Below are positions 24,579-38,999 of a stretch of 64,000 nt of DNA, piece by piece. The stretch is taken from NCBI RefSeq assembly GCF_006345805.1, contig NC_043022.1:9238001-9302000 (forward strand). Direction: 5' to 3'. Position numbers and translations under genes: made by a program. How positions within the stretch are numbered: the first letter of the stretch is position 1; every line of letters begins with the position of its first letter. Below the pieces are notes generated by a model. It saw only the letters and a program-made list of their open reading frames with translations. It did no database searches and had not been told where the DNA came from. This DNA comes from Octopus sinensis (taxonomy: Eukaryota).

Positions 24579-27549
24579 CTTCTATCTATAAATGCTCTAA
24601 TATCTATACACCCTTGGCTTTTGTTATCTCATTACACAAAAAATTAATATAAACACATACATATACATATTTACATATACAAATATACACACACATATAT
24701 ATATATACATACATACTTACACATGCATACATATACTTACACAAACATGCATACATACACCCATATAAACATACGTATATATATACTGATACATACATAT
24801 ACTTTACATACACAATTAATATACGTAGATACACACACAGACAAACGCATACTTACATAAAACATATACATACACAAACATACATGCACACATAAACACA
24901 TGCATCCATTTACATACACAAATATATAAACATAAGTGATCACCACCATTGTGGAATAAAATATCTTCATCACCATCAACAGCAGCATCATCATCACCAT
25001 CAACACTATCATTCATTCATTCATTCATTCATTCGTTCATTCATTATTTTATTTCATACATGGCCTCTATCCAACAAACAGCTTTCATTATCATCATCAG
25101 TCATGAACGATTGCCACACTTTCCCCCTGGATAATACAACTAAATCTACCCCCCTTTTATGATAAAATAAAATGCAATCATTTAGAGTGACAGTCAACAA
25201 CAATTAAACCTTTAGTAACTGGACCCCCCCCCCCCTGCCATTCAGTGATCTTCCCTCACAGGCATTGTCAATCATCATCATCATAACAATAATGATCCTT
25301 TCTACTATAGGCACAAGGCCTGAAATTTGATGGGGAGGAGAGGGCTAGTCGATTAGATCGAACCCAGTATGCCACTGGTAATTAATTTATCGATACCCAA
25401 AAGGATGAATGGCAAAGTCGACCTCAGTGGAATTTGAACTCAGAACATAAAGACAGATGAAATAACCGTTAGGCATTTCGCCCGGCGTGCTAATGATTCT
25501 GCCAACTTGCTGACTTAAATAATAATTATAATAATAATAATAATCCTACTGTAGGCACAAGGCCTGAAATTTGTAGGGAGTGGGATAGTCCCACATTGAC
25601 CCCGAAAGGATAAAAAGTAAAGTCGACCTCCTCAGAAATTGAACCCGGAACATAAATGGGCGAAGTACCACTCAGCATTTCGTCCAGCATGCTAAAGATT
25701 CTGCCAGCTTACCACCTTAGAAACATGATAATTGCCTATATCATTCCTCCTTTTTATCATAATGTCAATTATAGTCTCCCAAAGTTTCCATTATCAGCTC
25801 TGCTAGTATGGATGGTACTGTTTCTTCCTGTTGCCCAGGGGCTCTCTACCCCCCTTTAGACCAGGCTCCCGTAGCTTTTATGGGTTTTTCTACGAGTAAC
25901 CTTTCGAAGCGCCTCCCCCTATTGAGAGTTTTAATTGTTACTTACATTTCGTTGTTATCCTGCTTTTGTACACGGACCTTTTTGCAAACGGACAAAACCC
26001 TTTGTAACTTTCGTCCTGTATTTTGTCCCTTTGTTTTAATTGATTTTTGTTAGCCGTTGTGGCCAATAAACGAACGAATTATTATTATAATTATTATTAT
26101 TATCATTTATCATCATCATTTTTGCTATATTCTTGATGTTATTTCTCATTTTGATCAACGTAGATCCCACCTTTTTTCTTTTTTGTATGTTGTATTTCAT
26201 TTTTTCATGTAGTCTGTCCTTAATGTCTTGGGTCTTTGTGATTAATAAAAGAAATTATCATTATTATCGAGTGAGAGAGCAGTGCATACTATCAAAGTGA
26301 CACTGGGGTACAAATATACAAAGCCCAATAAATCCATCCATCATGACTACCCACATGATAAGGGTACACCAGGCACATGCATCACCACCATATGTGTGCA
26401 ACATGGTGACCTTATATCAAGATAAACAGCACATTACTTTGCAGGTGGGGCCCAGTTAGAATTTTCTTCAAGCCAAGTTGCCCATCATGCTCAAAAGGTC
26501 TCTGAATAAGGATTTTCTAAGGATGACAAACGAAACCCCTATATTTCCAGAGGTGTATTATTTGAATCTCAAAGAATCCCTCTCGACACATGGTTATGAT
26601 GCTCACCCACTACTCCTACTTGTGATCAGAGATGTACCTATTGTCAACCACTAAGGGACATGCTCAACTAGTTATGGTCAAACAACTGACAAGCAAACAA
26701 ACAAATCTGCAGTAAAGATTCAAGCGAGGTCATTACCAGTACCACCTGACTGGCCCCCATGCCGGTGGCACCTAAAAAGCACCCACTACACTCTTGGAGT
26801 GGTTGGCATTAGGAAGGGCATCCAGCTGTAGAAACTCTGCCAGATCAAGATTGGAGCCTGGTGCGGCCATCTGGTTTGCCAGCCCTCAGTCAAAATCGTC
26901 CAACCCATGCTAGCATGGAAAGTGGACGTGAAACGATAATGATGATGAGTAGAATATTTGCCAGTAGACCATCTTTTACACCATGACAAAACGTACATAT
27001 TAACATTTCCAATCAGTTTAGACCAGAAGCCATAAGAACCACTACGTGGCACTATTATAGCTGTTCTTGCAGCTGTTGATTTGGTTGTTATTGTTGTTGT
27101 TAAGCATATTATTCTGTATATTCCTTGTGAATTTATGAGATTTTATATAGTGAAAGGTAATATTCTCAAGCCAGAAGTATCATTCTGAGTATACAAATGC
27201 ACATATGAAAAGAGAAACAGCCAGCCTTCCCAATAAATGAGTTTATTTATGTGTTTGTGTGTTTAATATTTTATTAAGCCCCAAACAGTGCAGTTTATAA
27301 AGATGTTACAAATAGTATTGTTTACTGGTATTTTGATATTTCAGGGTTAGAAACCCCTTCTTCAGGAAATCTTTGTGGGGGGGGGGGGGCAGGAGAAGGT
27401 GGTGTTTGCTGACAGCATCATTGACCTGTAGTATTGGTTTCAAATTTTGGCTCAAGGCCAGAATTTTTAATAACTTGCATTGTTTTGGCTTTAAAAAATA
27501 TGATCAAGAATACATAAGAATATATATCAAATATCAAACAATGCTTCTT

Positions 27550-27614
27550 GAAAACTATGCTGCTGAAATTTATATATATATATGAATGTATGTATGTATA
27601 TATATATGTGTGTA

Positions 27615-27665
<51 letters not shown>

Positions 27666-27806
27666 ATATGTATATGTGTGTGTGTATATATGTATATGTG
27701 TGTATATATATATGTATATGTGTGTGTATATATATGTATGTATATATATAAATGCATATATATGTGTATGTGTGTGTATTTATATACATATGTATTTATG
27801 TGTGTG

Positions 27807-27848
<42 letters not shown>

Positions 27849-27900
27849 GTATATATGTGTGTTTATATGTATGTATATGGGTATGTGTGTCTGCGTGTGT
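27550..27900. repeat. Compound (TA)n/(TG)n/(TATG)n microsatellite block; others at ~17240-17560, 24650-24930, 30690-31320, 31820-32420, 44400-44880, 46490-46660, 47900-48540, 58090-58430
   Basis: Directly visible; explains the YIYI/VCVC ORFs. Confidence 0.95.
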
Positions 27901-29109
27901 GTACACACACAAATCTGTTCTTGTTGCTAATTCATGCCAGCATTAATTTAGATATTGCCAGGACAGAACTGCAAGAAAAGTGTGTGTGTTTTATGCCTCG
28001 AGTGAAAATAATCCCACTTCACATTAAAAATAACAATAAAATACAAATTAAGAAATAAAAAAAACTTCCAGACCATAATTTATGTTGACATGTGGTTTTC
28101 TCTTAAGTCCATGTGTCCGTGGCTTTCGCGCGTGCATATATGTGTGTGTGCACTTTTTCCACTGTCGCCACTCGAAGCAACGAGAATCTCTTACGTGGTT
28201 GGCACAACACGCTAGAAATAGCAGCACCAAAATCACGCCTTGCCGCCTTTAAAATAAAAAAAGAGAAAACCGAGAAAAAATTTTATATCGTATAGTGTCA
28301 TCAAACGTACGACATATATTCATATCAGAATATGCCTATAAAACGTATCGATGAAGTGGTCACCGCTGGAATGTATCTGATCACAAATTACTGTTCCCAC
28401 CCTCTATTTTGGTTTTCGAGTTCTGTTTAAGTGTTAAGTTGTTTCAAAAACATTCCCACAGAACGAGAAGTAAAACACTTTGCTGTTTACGTGTTTTTGA
28501 AGCTATGGCTATATTTAATTCCTCTTAACACTTTTGTTACCATATTTCTCTTGTTATACGTTGCTCTTTGGTTTCAAATAATTTTCAACATAATGGAATA
28601 AGTTGGTGAAATAAAATTTTGTCTTTATTAATTCGGCGCAATGGTTTTTCAACCGGGGTCCGGGTCCATATAAGATTTGGTTGTTGAAATTTATGTGCTA
28701 CAAATTGGTTATACTTTTGCAACACACAAAATATTTTAACAATTTTTTTGTACGGGCAAAGTGTCTTCTACTGTAGCCTAGGGCCAACCAAAGCCTTGTG
28801 AATGTATTTGGTAGACGGAAACTCAAAGAAGCCAGTAGTATATATATATACCTGGCTGTTTCTTGCAATACATACCAATACATACATACATCGTCATCAT
28901 CGTTTAACGTCTTGTCCATGCTGGCATGGGTTGGACAGTTTAACCAGGGCTGGTAAGTTGAGGGGTTGCACCAGACTCCATTCTGATTTGGCATGGTTTC
29001 TATGGCTGGATGCTTTTATGTGCCACTGGCATAGGTGCCAGTTATGTGACACCAGTATCTGCCTCAACTATGATTTCAGTTGACTTGACGGGTCTTCTAC
29101 TCAAGCACA

Positions 29110-29275
29110 TTATATTGCCAGTATAACAAGAGACGAAGACAGGTGTATAAACAACAAACAGGTGTATTAGTTTAACGATCGGGAAGGTGAGAAGGTATTT
29201 TATGTTTCGAGCCTACGCTCTTCAAGAGAAAGGAACACGATGAAATAAACAGAGAGAATAATAAAAATTTTAGAA
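29110..29275 (-). mobile_element. Penelope-like terminal repeat with a decayed hammerhead (stem II GAGC-GUAG-GCUC then GAAAC)
   Basis: Minus strand tttctcttgaagagcgtaggctcgaaacataaaat; the CUGAUGA box is damaged. Confidence 0.55.
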
Positions 29276-29938
29276 GCCAGCGGTCAGTGTGTGGTTGTGT
29301 GTCTGTGTTTGTCCCCCCTGTCGTTCCTTCGGTATTGGTCTACAAAGCATCGGTATGAAGAGACGACGTCATTCACCTTATTTTTCTGCCGAGCTTCTTT
29401 ATCTATGTCATGAGGGAAGATTGTGTGGGTGAATGATCTCGTGTACCAATACCGAAAGATTGTTATAATTCGTTCTGAAAGTAGCTTGTGGCCAGCTATT
29501 TTGAGGGAAGGAGAAGTCAATAACATCGATCCCCAATGCACAACTTGTATTTAATTTCATCGACTCAAGATGGATGAATGGCAAAATCCACTTCGGTTGA
29601 ATTTGAAGTCAGAACACAAAAATCCGGAAGAAATGCCGTTCGGCATTTTGTCCGATTTTGCCACCTCTCCGCCTTAGGCACAAGGCCAGCAATTTTGTGG
29701 GGTAAGGTAAGTCGATTAGATCGACTCCGGAGTTCAACTTGAACTTAATTTATCGACTCTGAAAGGATGAAGGCCAAAGAATTTAGTCCGTTGTGCAAAC
29801 TATTCTGCCAGCTCCCCGCCTTACAAAGTTTAATAATAATAATAATTATCTTTTCTGTTATGGGCACAAGGCCTGAAGTCTTGATGGAGGGGGAGTAGTC
29901 GATTACATCCACCCCAGAATTTCACTGGTACTTAATTT

Positions 29939-30358
29939 GGATCTTTTCGGTTTGAACGGCAGTTTTTAACATAATTTCTAGGTAACTAAAAAATTTTAAA
30001 TTTCGTATACTGGTAGAATGTGTTTGTAAAACACCTTTTTCTCTTGGCTTGATTGAGAAAATTCTATAGTTTGTAATATATTTGTTGCTTTTTTTCTTCA
30101 ATTTCTGCAATTTCAACCAATCAATGACGTCCATTGAGGTAAAAAAAAACATTCTGTGCCGTATGAATATGTCCCTCGTTTAAGAAACAGACTGGGTTTA
30201 TTTACATTTGTGAAGAAAAAAATATACCCTTCCCCCCACCCCTAACCCTAACCCTAAAACAGATTGAAATGCAATAGATCGATACTAGGGTCATAATTAT
30301 GGGTGACAATTTCATATGACACCGCTAGAAAAAACTGCCGATCAAACCGAAAGGATCC
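29939..30358 (+). mobile_element. GGATC-TIR MITE, copy 3, inserted into a SINE-A
   Basis: Perfect 8-bp TSD cttaattt; internal (CCCTAA)3; SINE sequence resumes on both sides. Confidence 0.92.
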
Positions 30359-30785
30359 CTTAATTTATCGACCCCGAAAGGACGAAAGGCAAAGTCGACC
30401 TCGGCGGAATTTGAACTCGGATCATTTAAAGACTGGAAGAAATGTGCTAACGAATCTGCCAAACCGCCACCTTGACAGAGTTTGATAATAATAATAATAA
30501 CCAGCAGCAGCAGCAACTGCTGCGATAGTAATGTTGTCACTGACCTAATTTTTGTCTAATTTTACTTTGTTTCTCGTTCATACATGAAACGTATGTATGG
30601 TCACGCTCGCACATTCAAGCACAGTGTTTGTGTATTTGTGTCTGTAAATATATAAATGCGTGTGTCTAGACACACGCATATATATATATATGTGTGTTTG
30701 TATACATATACATATATATATATATATATATTCTTTTTATCTGATTTGTAGAGTACATATTATGTTTAGTCTTAATTGATTTGTG

Positions 30786-30852
<67 letters not shown>

Positions 30853-30918
30853 CAGGAAATATAGAATTCAAAATATGAGTATATGTGCTTCTGCTAAATA
30901 TATGTATGTATATATATG

Positions 30919-30956
<38 letters not shown>

Positions 30957-31173
30957 CGTGTATATATATATATGTATGTGTGTATATATATATATATGTG
31001 TGTGTATATATAGATATATATATGTATATATATATATATATGTGTGTATATATGTATGTATGTGTGTATATATATGTATGTGTGTATATATATATATATA
31101 TGTGTGTATATATAGATATATATATGTATATATATATATATGTGTATATATGTATGTATGTGTGTATATATAT

Positions 31174-31205
<32 letters not shown>

Positions 31206-31828
31206 GTGTGTATATATATATATATATATACACACGCACACACATATATTATAAATATGTGTATTTATATACGTGTATACATATACAAACATAAATACAT
31301 AAATATATATGTACACATACGCCTAGATTTCCCTATAAATACATATTATTTATTATTTATTCTCTTAATTCTCTCACCGTTTCCTGTCATTTGACTGCAG
31401 TAATGTTGGCGGCGGCGGCGCTGGCAATATTTGAGATATTTTTAGTCGATCATATCGAATTGATTGCCAATAGTTTTTTTTTTTTTGGTTTTTTTCCCTT
31501 TTTTCTTGTTTTTTTCTTGTTTTTTTCCCCCTTTTCTTTTTATGGTCTTCCTCTTGTACTTATTCTCGTATCGGTTCCTGTGTGGAAACGTCTGCGTTAG
31601 TGAGCGTGAAACGAAGGCACGACATAGGCAGCTCTACTAGTTTTTAAGCTATCGTAAACAAACAAACACACACACACACACACACGTATGTGCTCATGTG
31701 TGAAACACCTTTTTTTTTTATACTTTTATTTTTGAAACACGTGAGCGCACAAAGAGAAGTAGAAAGTGACATTTACCTTAAATTCCCTAACTGTTGTTTT
31801 GATAAATATTTTTCCTACTCGTACACAC

Positions 31829-31890
<62 letters not shown>

Positions 31891-31905
31891 TGTGTTGTAT
31901 GTATG

Positions 31906-31938
<33 letters not shown>

Positions 31939-31962
31939 GTATGTATATATAGATGTATGTAT

Positions 31963-31996
<34 letters not shown>

Positions 31997-31997
31997 G

Positions 31998-32028
<31 letters not shown>

Positions 32029-32046
32029 GTATGTTATATATGTATG

Positions 32047-32086
<40 letters not shown>

Positions 32087-32181
32087 TATCTATATATATA
32101 TATATATGTATGTTGTATATATATGTATATCTATATGTATGTATGTATGTATATATATGTATATAGTATATAATATATATG

Positions 32182-32213
<32 letters not shown>

Positions 32214-32962
32214 TATATATGTATGTATATATATATATGTATGTATGTATATGTATATAATATGTATGTATGTATATGTATATGTATATATATGTATGTA
32301 TGTATAATGTGTATATATATGTGTGTGTATATATATATGTATGTATATATATATATATGTGTGTGTATATATATATGTGTGTGTGTTTGTATACGTATGT
32401 ATGTATAGGCGCGCACACTCACGCACTTGCTCACACGTACACTTGGTGTGAGATTGCAGATGTGAAGATAAACAAGTCTCATACTGCGATAGAGAAGTTG
32501 TCAAAATAGCATATGGGGATCAAAAGTACTTGGTTGTATATATATTTATGTGATGTGAGTGTAAGTATATAAAAATATGTGCCACTGTGCGTGTATGCAC
32601 ACACAGACACACACATATGTATGTATATATGTTTTGGTGTATATATGTAGATATGTATGTGTATATATATATATATACTAAATATACATATGTATGTAAA
32701 TGTATTTAGGTATATACACATGTATGTATAAATACAAATAAGAAAATGGAGAAACAATTTAGTTGGTATATCAGCTTTAGGATATTAGAATGTTGACTTA
32801 TTTATTTAACAAAACAATAACCATAATAACATATATATACACATTAAAATACAATACATATAAGATAAGAATACAATTCAAAAACCTTAGGGTATTATAC
32901 CAACAGTATATTGGATAAGTATTATCCCTTAGTGGGTTTGATCCACAACCCCTAACTTACTT

Positions 32963-33010
<48 letters not shown>

Positions 33011-33049
33011 CCCTCTTTCTCTCTATAACTATATATATGTATATGTATT

Positions 33050-33094
<45 letters not shown>

Positions 33095-35108
33095 CTAAGA
33101 ATATATATATATATTTGCATGCATGTGTGTATGTATATATATATATATATATACACACACACATATATATATAGAGAGAGAGAGAAAGACAATGAGAGAA
33201 TCCTTTGATATTGTCTCTTTTTTTTAATAATATCAAAGAGAAAAACTCAAACCCTATTAATATCAAGAAAACAGTGTCCAGTATGTATGTGTGTGTGCCT
33301 TTGTCTAGACATCATGTGATGGTCACAAGTCAGCAGCAGCCGCATCATACAAGCAAGTTTGTTCACTTCCAGTCTTCCATGAAAAAGAAGTCCAACTATA
33401 AGGAAGTATTACCTTGCTTGAAAACAGGTGAGGGTTGATGACAGGAAGGGCATCCAACTGTAGAAGGATCAGTCTCAAGAAATTTTCTCTCGTCCATGCA
33501 AGCATGGGAAAATAGACATTAAATGATGACAAAATGACCAATGTCTCACACACATACTAAACTTAAGGGTGTTGTTGGCATGTAAAATTTACCTAGGGCA
33601 GGGGTTCTCAACCATTTTTTACCTATGGACCCCTTCAATTACTATTCTATTCTGGTGGACCTCCATAGCCTTTCTATGTTTAAAGAACTAGTTTTATAGG
33701 AACTTCTTTAAAAATTTCTATTTTGTTTTTCGTCCATTGACTTGTGTAGGTTGAACTCTGTAAAACATTAGAGAAAGAAACTTAGCTGTTTCTTGCAATA
33801 CATATCAATACATACATCATCATCATCATTTAACGTCTGTTGTCCATGGGTTGGATGGTTTGACCAGGGCTGGTAAGCTGAGGGGTTGCACCAGACTCCA
33901 ATCTGATTTGGCATGGTTTCTATGGCTGGGTGCTTTTATGTGCCACTGGCACAGATGCCAGTTGTGTGACACCACTATGATTTCACTTGGCTTGATGGGT
34001 CTTCTACTCAAGCACAGCCTATTGCCAAAGGTCTCAGTCATTTGTCATTGCTTCAGTGAGGCCCAATGCTTTTTATGTGCCACCAGCATGGGTGCTAATT
34101 TGTGATACCAGTATCAACCACATTGGGCATTGACCACATAACATCTAAAGCAAAATTTTTTCATAACTCCTTAACCCTTTTATTACCAACCTGCCTGAGA
34201 CTGCCCCTAGTTCTAGGATACAAACATCCAGTTTTAAAATGGTCTAAATTAAAATCTTCCATCAAAATTTCATGCTAACTTAAGTTCCAAGCACCAGCTT
34301 AATAATTGCAAAATTATTTTATTAAATTCTTAATTATTTTTAAAATTAATTGAAACCAAGGGAGTATATTTCAGCAGAAATATGGTAATGAAAGGGTTAT
34401 AATACTATTGTGAACCTCCAGTTTACTATTATATTGCATGGATGCTCAGGAGCCATATGGACCCTAGTTGACAACCATTGACCTAGAGCAGTGGTTCTCA
34501 ACTGAGGGCCATATGACCCTTGAGAATCCATGTAAGATTTTATTGTTAAAGCTTATGAGTAATAAGTTAGTTTTACTTCTACAATACACAAAATATTATA
34601 ATATGTTTTTTAAAATACAATTCCTAATAACATTTAATTATGAAAATATCAGACTTTTTACACATTAACCCATTTTAACACAGGTTAACCCTGTCGAAAT
34701 TTTGAAGATAGTTATATAAATAGGGATAACAAACATACGGAAGCATCCAGTTAACCTTTATTGCAGTAAATAAACCAAATACAACTGTCCTTAAACGAGG
34801 TTAGTGGGTTAATATGGGTTAAATGGGTATAAGAAAATAGGTAAGAAAGGGGTCCATAGACAAAAAATTGGTTGGGAAACATTAATGTAAATGATACATT
34901 AAGTGCAGCAAGTTCATCGGCCTTTAGGGCCCATAAAGGTTGTGAGCACAGCCCCTTTCTTCACATTCAGCTAGCCAAAAAGAAAATACACGTATTGTAT
35001 ATGCCTGGCATATAAGATGACCCACTTATTAACAGTTAGTACCAATTACTGTGCCAAGCAGACTTTGGCTCATTTACTTCCCTCCACTAAGTCACTCAGT
35101 TTCCCATC

Positions 35109-35453
35109 TGTTATATGTCCACATTAATATGTCAACCACTACATGTAACATGTCCACATTAACATGTGTACTGCCACATGTTATATGTCCACATTAGCAT
35201 GTTAACTGTCACATGCTATATGTCCATGTTAACTGTCACATGTTATATGACCACATTGACACGTTAACTGCCACATGGTATATGTCCATGTTAACATCTC
35301 AACTTTCACATGTTTTATGTCCACATTCACATGTTAGCTGCCACATGTTATATGACTGCATTAGCACGCTGACTGCCACATGTTATGTGTCCACATTCTC
35401 ATGTTAACTGCCACATGTTATATGTCCACATTAGCTTGTTAACTGCCACATGT
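35109..35453. repeat. Minisatellite, ~33-35 bp unit (catgttaactgccacatgttatatgtccacattag), about 10 degenerate copies
   Basis: Directly visible tandem units rich in short palindromes (acatgt, gttaac). Confidence 0.85.
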
Positions 35454-35711
35454 ACCACTGGTGATTCATCACAAACTTTACACAGCCACCATATGCAGCA
35501 CTGGCAGTGTGTCTACATAATTTGAAAAAAAATTTTATCCTGTATCTTTGACATGGTTTCAAGTTTTGACACAAGGCCAGCAAGTTCAGAAAAGTTGGGT
35601 GAGTCAATTAAATCGACCCCAGTGTTTCACTGGTACTTAATTTATCAACCCTGAAAGGATGGAAAGCAAAGTCGATCTTGGCAGAATTTGAACTCAGAAC
35701 GCGAAGATGGA

Positions 35712-36075
35712 CAAAACTCCACCCATCTAACACCCGTGGACATATTTACAAAGTAAGAAAACAGCACAGCTCCCATGACTTCAGGAAACATTGTTTCACG
35801 CTGAGAGTTGCTGAAGCATGGAACAAACTGCCAGCATCAGTTGTTAGTTGTCGGAGCACTGCATCCTTCAAAACTTCCATGCTTCCTGAGATTCGCCAAC
35901 ACTACACTTGATTTTCTCTCCTCCATACACACACAAGCATGTATCTGACTCATACATTGTTCGCTTTCCAGACATTTCTACATTATTGCATGTACTTTAT
36001 ATGCACTTTCTGACAAGTTGTGGTGCACCTGAGCACTGTATACAATTAATTTTATTATTATTATTATCATTATCA
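35712..36075 (+). mobile_element. CR1-clade LINE 3' end (ORF2 C-terminus, 3' UTR, (TTA)n tail)
   Basis: NTRGHIYKVRKQ...FRKHCFTLRVAEAWNKLPASVV..RSTASFK matches the CR1 C-terminal TRGH...RV..WN.LP..VV...FK pattern. Confidence 0.85.
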
Positions 36076-36267
36076 TTATTATAAAATGCCACTTCTGCTG
36101 ACTCTTTCGCCACAACTTTCTCTCACTCTTTCCTCCTGCATCTTGCAGCTCACCTGCGACAGACCGTCGTCTTGTCCAGGTGGGGAACCTATATGCCAAG
36201 GAAACCGGGAAACCGGCCCTTATGAGCAAGGCGTGCTTTGAGAAGGAACAAACAAAGGCGTAACTTC

Positions 36268-36397
36268 GGTATAGGTACCGGATACATTTCAAGGAAATGT
36301 TTTTTTTTTATATATGGGGGCTTAGGGTTAGGGGTGGGAGAAAAGGGTTTCTGTTATCTTCAGAAATGTAAACAAAGCCACTTACGGTACCTATACC
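36268..36397. mobile_element. 130-bp mini element with perfect 13-bp TIR GGTATAGGTACCG
   Basis: ggtataggtaccg ... cggtacctatacc; internal ttagggttaggggtggg...cttcagaaatgtaaa resembles the interior of the GGATC MITE. Confidence 0.7.
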
Positions 36398-36663
36398 TAT
36401 TTCTTTACTACCCACAAGGGGCTAAACACAGAGAGGACAAACAAGGACAAACGTATTAAGTCGATTATATCGACCCTAGTGCGTAACTGGTACTTATTTA
36501 ATCGACCCCCGAAAGGATGAAAAGCAAAGTCAACCTCGGCGGAATTTGAACTCAGAACGTAACGGCAGACGAAATACGGCTACGCATTTCGCCCGGCGTG
36601 CTAACGTTTCTGCCAGCTCGCCGCTTTAATTCTATACCGAAGGATCACCCAAACAAAATAGTA

Positions 36664-37267
36664 CAGTAATACCTCACTTTACAAGGACCTGCTTTACGAG
36701 ACCCTGGGTTTACCAGTTTTATTTTTCAGCTCACTTTTGTATGGTGAGGTGAGCTGAGATTTTTCAAGCGCAAAGGGCAAGTTTTACTACTATAACAAAT
36801 ACTTCTGCACGTTACTGAGAAATTTATAGAGAGCTATAAAAAAAAAAGCTTCTTCTTAACAAAACAAAACAAAAAAACTCTAGATTTGTTTTTTAAAAAG
36901 AAATCTGCAAGTCTGTCTACAAGTGTTTGTGAATCGTTAATCGCGTCTACAAGTGGCGGTGTGCGCAAATGTCGTGCGAGCGAAAGTGATACAGAAAACG
37001 ATCATAATAATAATTTTTTTTTTATATATATATATAAATGATCTTGACATTCTTTTTACTTTTACATAAAATATTCTTTACACTCTACTGTGGTTTTATT
37101 GCCATTTATTTACGAGTATTATAAATTTTATAGGTGAAATATTTTTCTGTGAACAAATTACAATTTACAACATAACGACTGTGGGAAATTATTCTTGTCC
37201 TTTACGAGTTTTCACTTTCTGAGTGGTCTCCAGGAACAAATTAACTCATGTTATCGAGCCGTTACTG
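36664..37267. mobile_element. Tc1/mariner (pogo/Tigger-like) non-autonomous element
   Basis: TA|CAGTAATACCTC ... GAGCCGTTACTG|TA. Confidence 0.75.
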
Positions 37268-37350
37268 TATTGCACACCGAGAGCTATAGCATATTGAATA
37301 TGTGGCATCACCAGTATGTACCAGTGACAGGCCAGAGCAGTTAACATGTT

Positions 37351-37985
37351 GGATCTTTTCGGTTTGATCGGCAGTTTTTTCTAGCGGTGTCATATGAAAT
37401 TGTCACCCATAATTATGACCCTAGTATCGATCTATTGCATTTCAATCTGTTTTAGGGTTAGGGTTAGGGGTGGGGGGAAAGGTATCTTTTTTTTTCTTCA
37501 CAAATGTAAATAAACCCAATCTGTTTCTTAAACGAGGGACATATTCATACAGCACGGAATGTTGTTTACCTAAATGGAGGTCAGCGATTGGTTAAAATTG
37601 CCGAAATGCTTGATTTAAAGTGGAAATATCTTACAAACTATAGAATTTTCTCAATAAAGCCAAGAAAAAACGATGTTCTATAAACACATTCTACCAGTAT
37701 ACGAAGTTTAAAAGTGTTTAGTTAACTAGAAATTGTGTTGACATATGCCGTTCAAAAGGAAAAGATCCCAATCTGTTTCTTAAACGAGGGACATATTCAT
37801 ACGGCACAGAATGTTTTTACCTCAATAGACGTCAGTGACTGGTTGAAATTGAAGAAAAAAAACAACAAATATCTTACAAACCATAGAATTTTCTCAATAA
37901 AGCCAAGAGAATAAGATGTTTTATAAACAGATTCTACCAGTATACGAAGTTTTAAAATGTTTAGTTACGTGGAAATTATTTTAAA
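37351..37985 (-). mobile_element. GGATC-TIR MITE, copy 4 (37351-37768), followed by a partial duplicate (37769-37985)
   Basis: Both TIRs are present; the internal segment caatctgtttcttaaacgagggacatattc... repeats immediately after the right TIR. Confidence 0.85.
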
Positions 37986-38918
37986 AATACATTTACAAAT
38001 TTACAAAAAAAAAGCACGTCTTATATGCTGGCAAATACAGCACACACACATATACATATGTATGCATCTGCGTGTGTGTGTGTGTATGTGTTTTGTTGCC
38101 TTCTAAACATGGCCTACTTACACGTTACAGTGAGACCAGTGGCACAGCAGCGTGGTGTTCCACTGCATGGCATGTGTTGCTGGAACAACGACGGTGATAC
38201 TTCAACTGTTTCTCAAGAATTCCTTATTATTTCAATCACTGTTATGGCATGGTAAACAGGAAGTCACACATGCATGTAGATACTCTATGTATACACACAT
38301 ACATAGAAACACTCACACTGATGTGTATATGTGTGTATTTATGTCTATATACACACACACACACACACATATAATATATAGGTGTAGTTAGTGGCTGTGT
38401 GGTAAGAAGCTTGCTTCCCAACCATATGGTTCTGGGTTCAGTCCCACTATGTGGCACCTTCAACTTAGTCAAGTGTCTTCTACTATAGTGGATTTGGTAG
38501 GCGGAAAATTAAAAAAATGCCAGTCATATATATAAATACATATATAAATATATGTATATGTGTATGTATGTATTTGCGTCTGTTTGTTGCCCCGCAATTG
38601 CTTCACAACCGATGTTGGTGTGTTTACGTTCCCGTAACTTAGCTCTTCAGCAATAGAATAAGTACTAGACTTACAAAGAATAAGTACTAGACTTACAAAG
38701 AATAAGTCCTGGGGTCAATTTGTTTGACTAAAGGCGGTACTCCAGCATGGCTGCAGTCAAATAACTGAAACTAATAAAAAAATTAAAAGAAAGAATAAAA
38801 GAATATATATATATATTGCTTAGGCATTGTGAGGTGAATAACCTGGTGTAGAACTCAATTGGTAATGCTTTTTCCTATGTATTTGCTTAAATATAATTCT
38901 TTCCCTAAATAAATTCAA

Positions 38919-38999
38919 GGCTCTGATGAAGCTATAAGGTGTTATTCAGGCACTCAACTACAAGTTCACTGTATCTTGAAGAGGAAACAGCTGTAAGCT
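38919..38999 (+). ncRNA. Minimal type-I hammerhead ribozyme motif with intact catalytic boxes
   Basis: GGCU / CUGAUGA-A / long degenerate stem II / GAAAC-AGCU-GUA / AGCU: stem I GGCU:AGCU; the stem II closing pair is lost. Confidence 0.7.
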
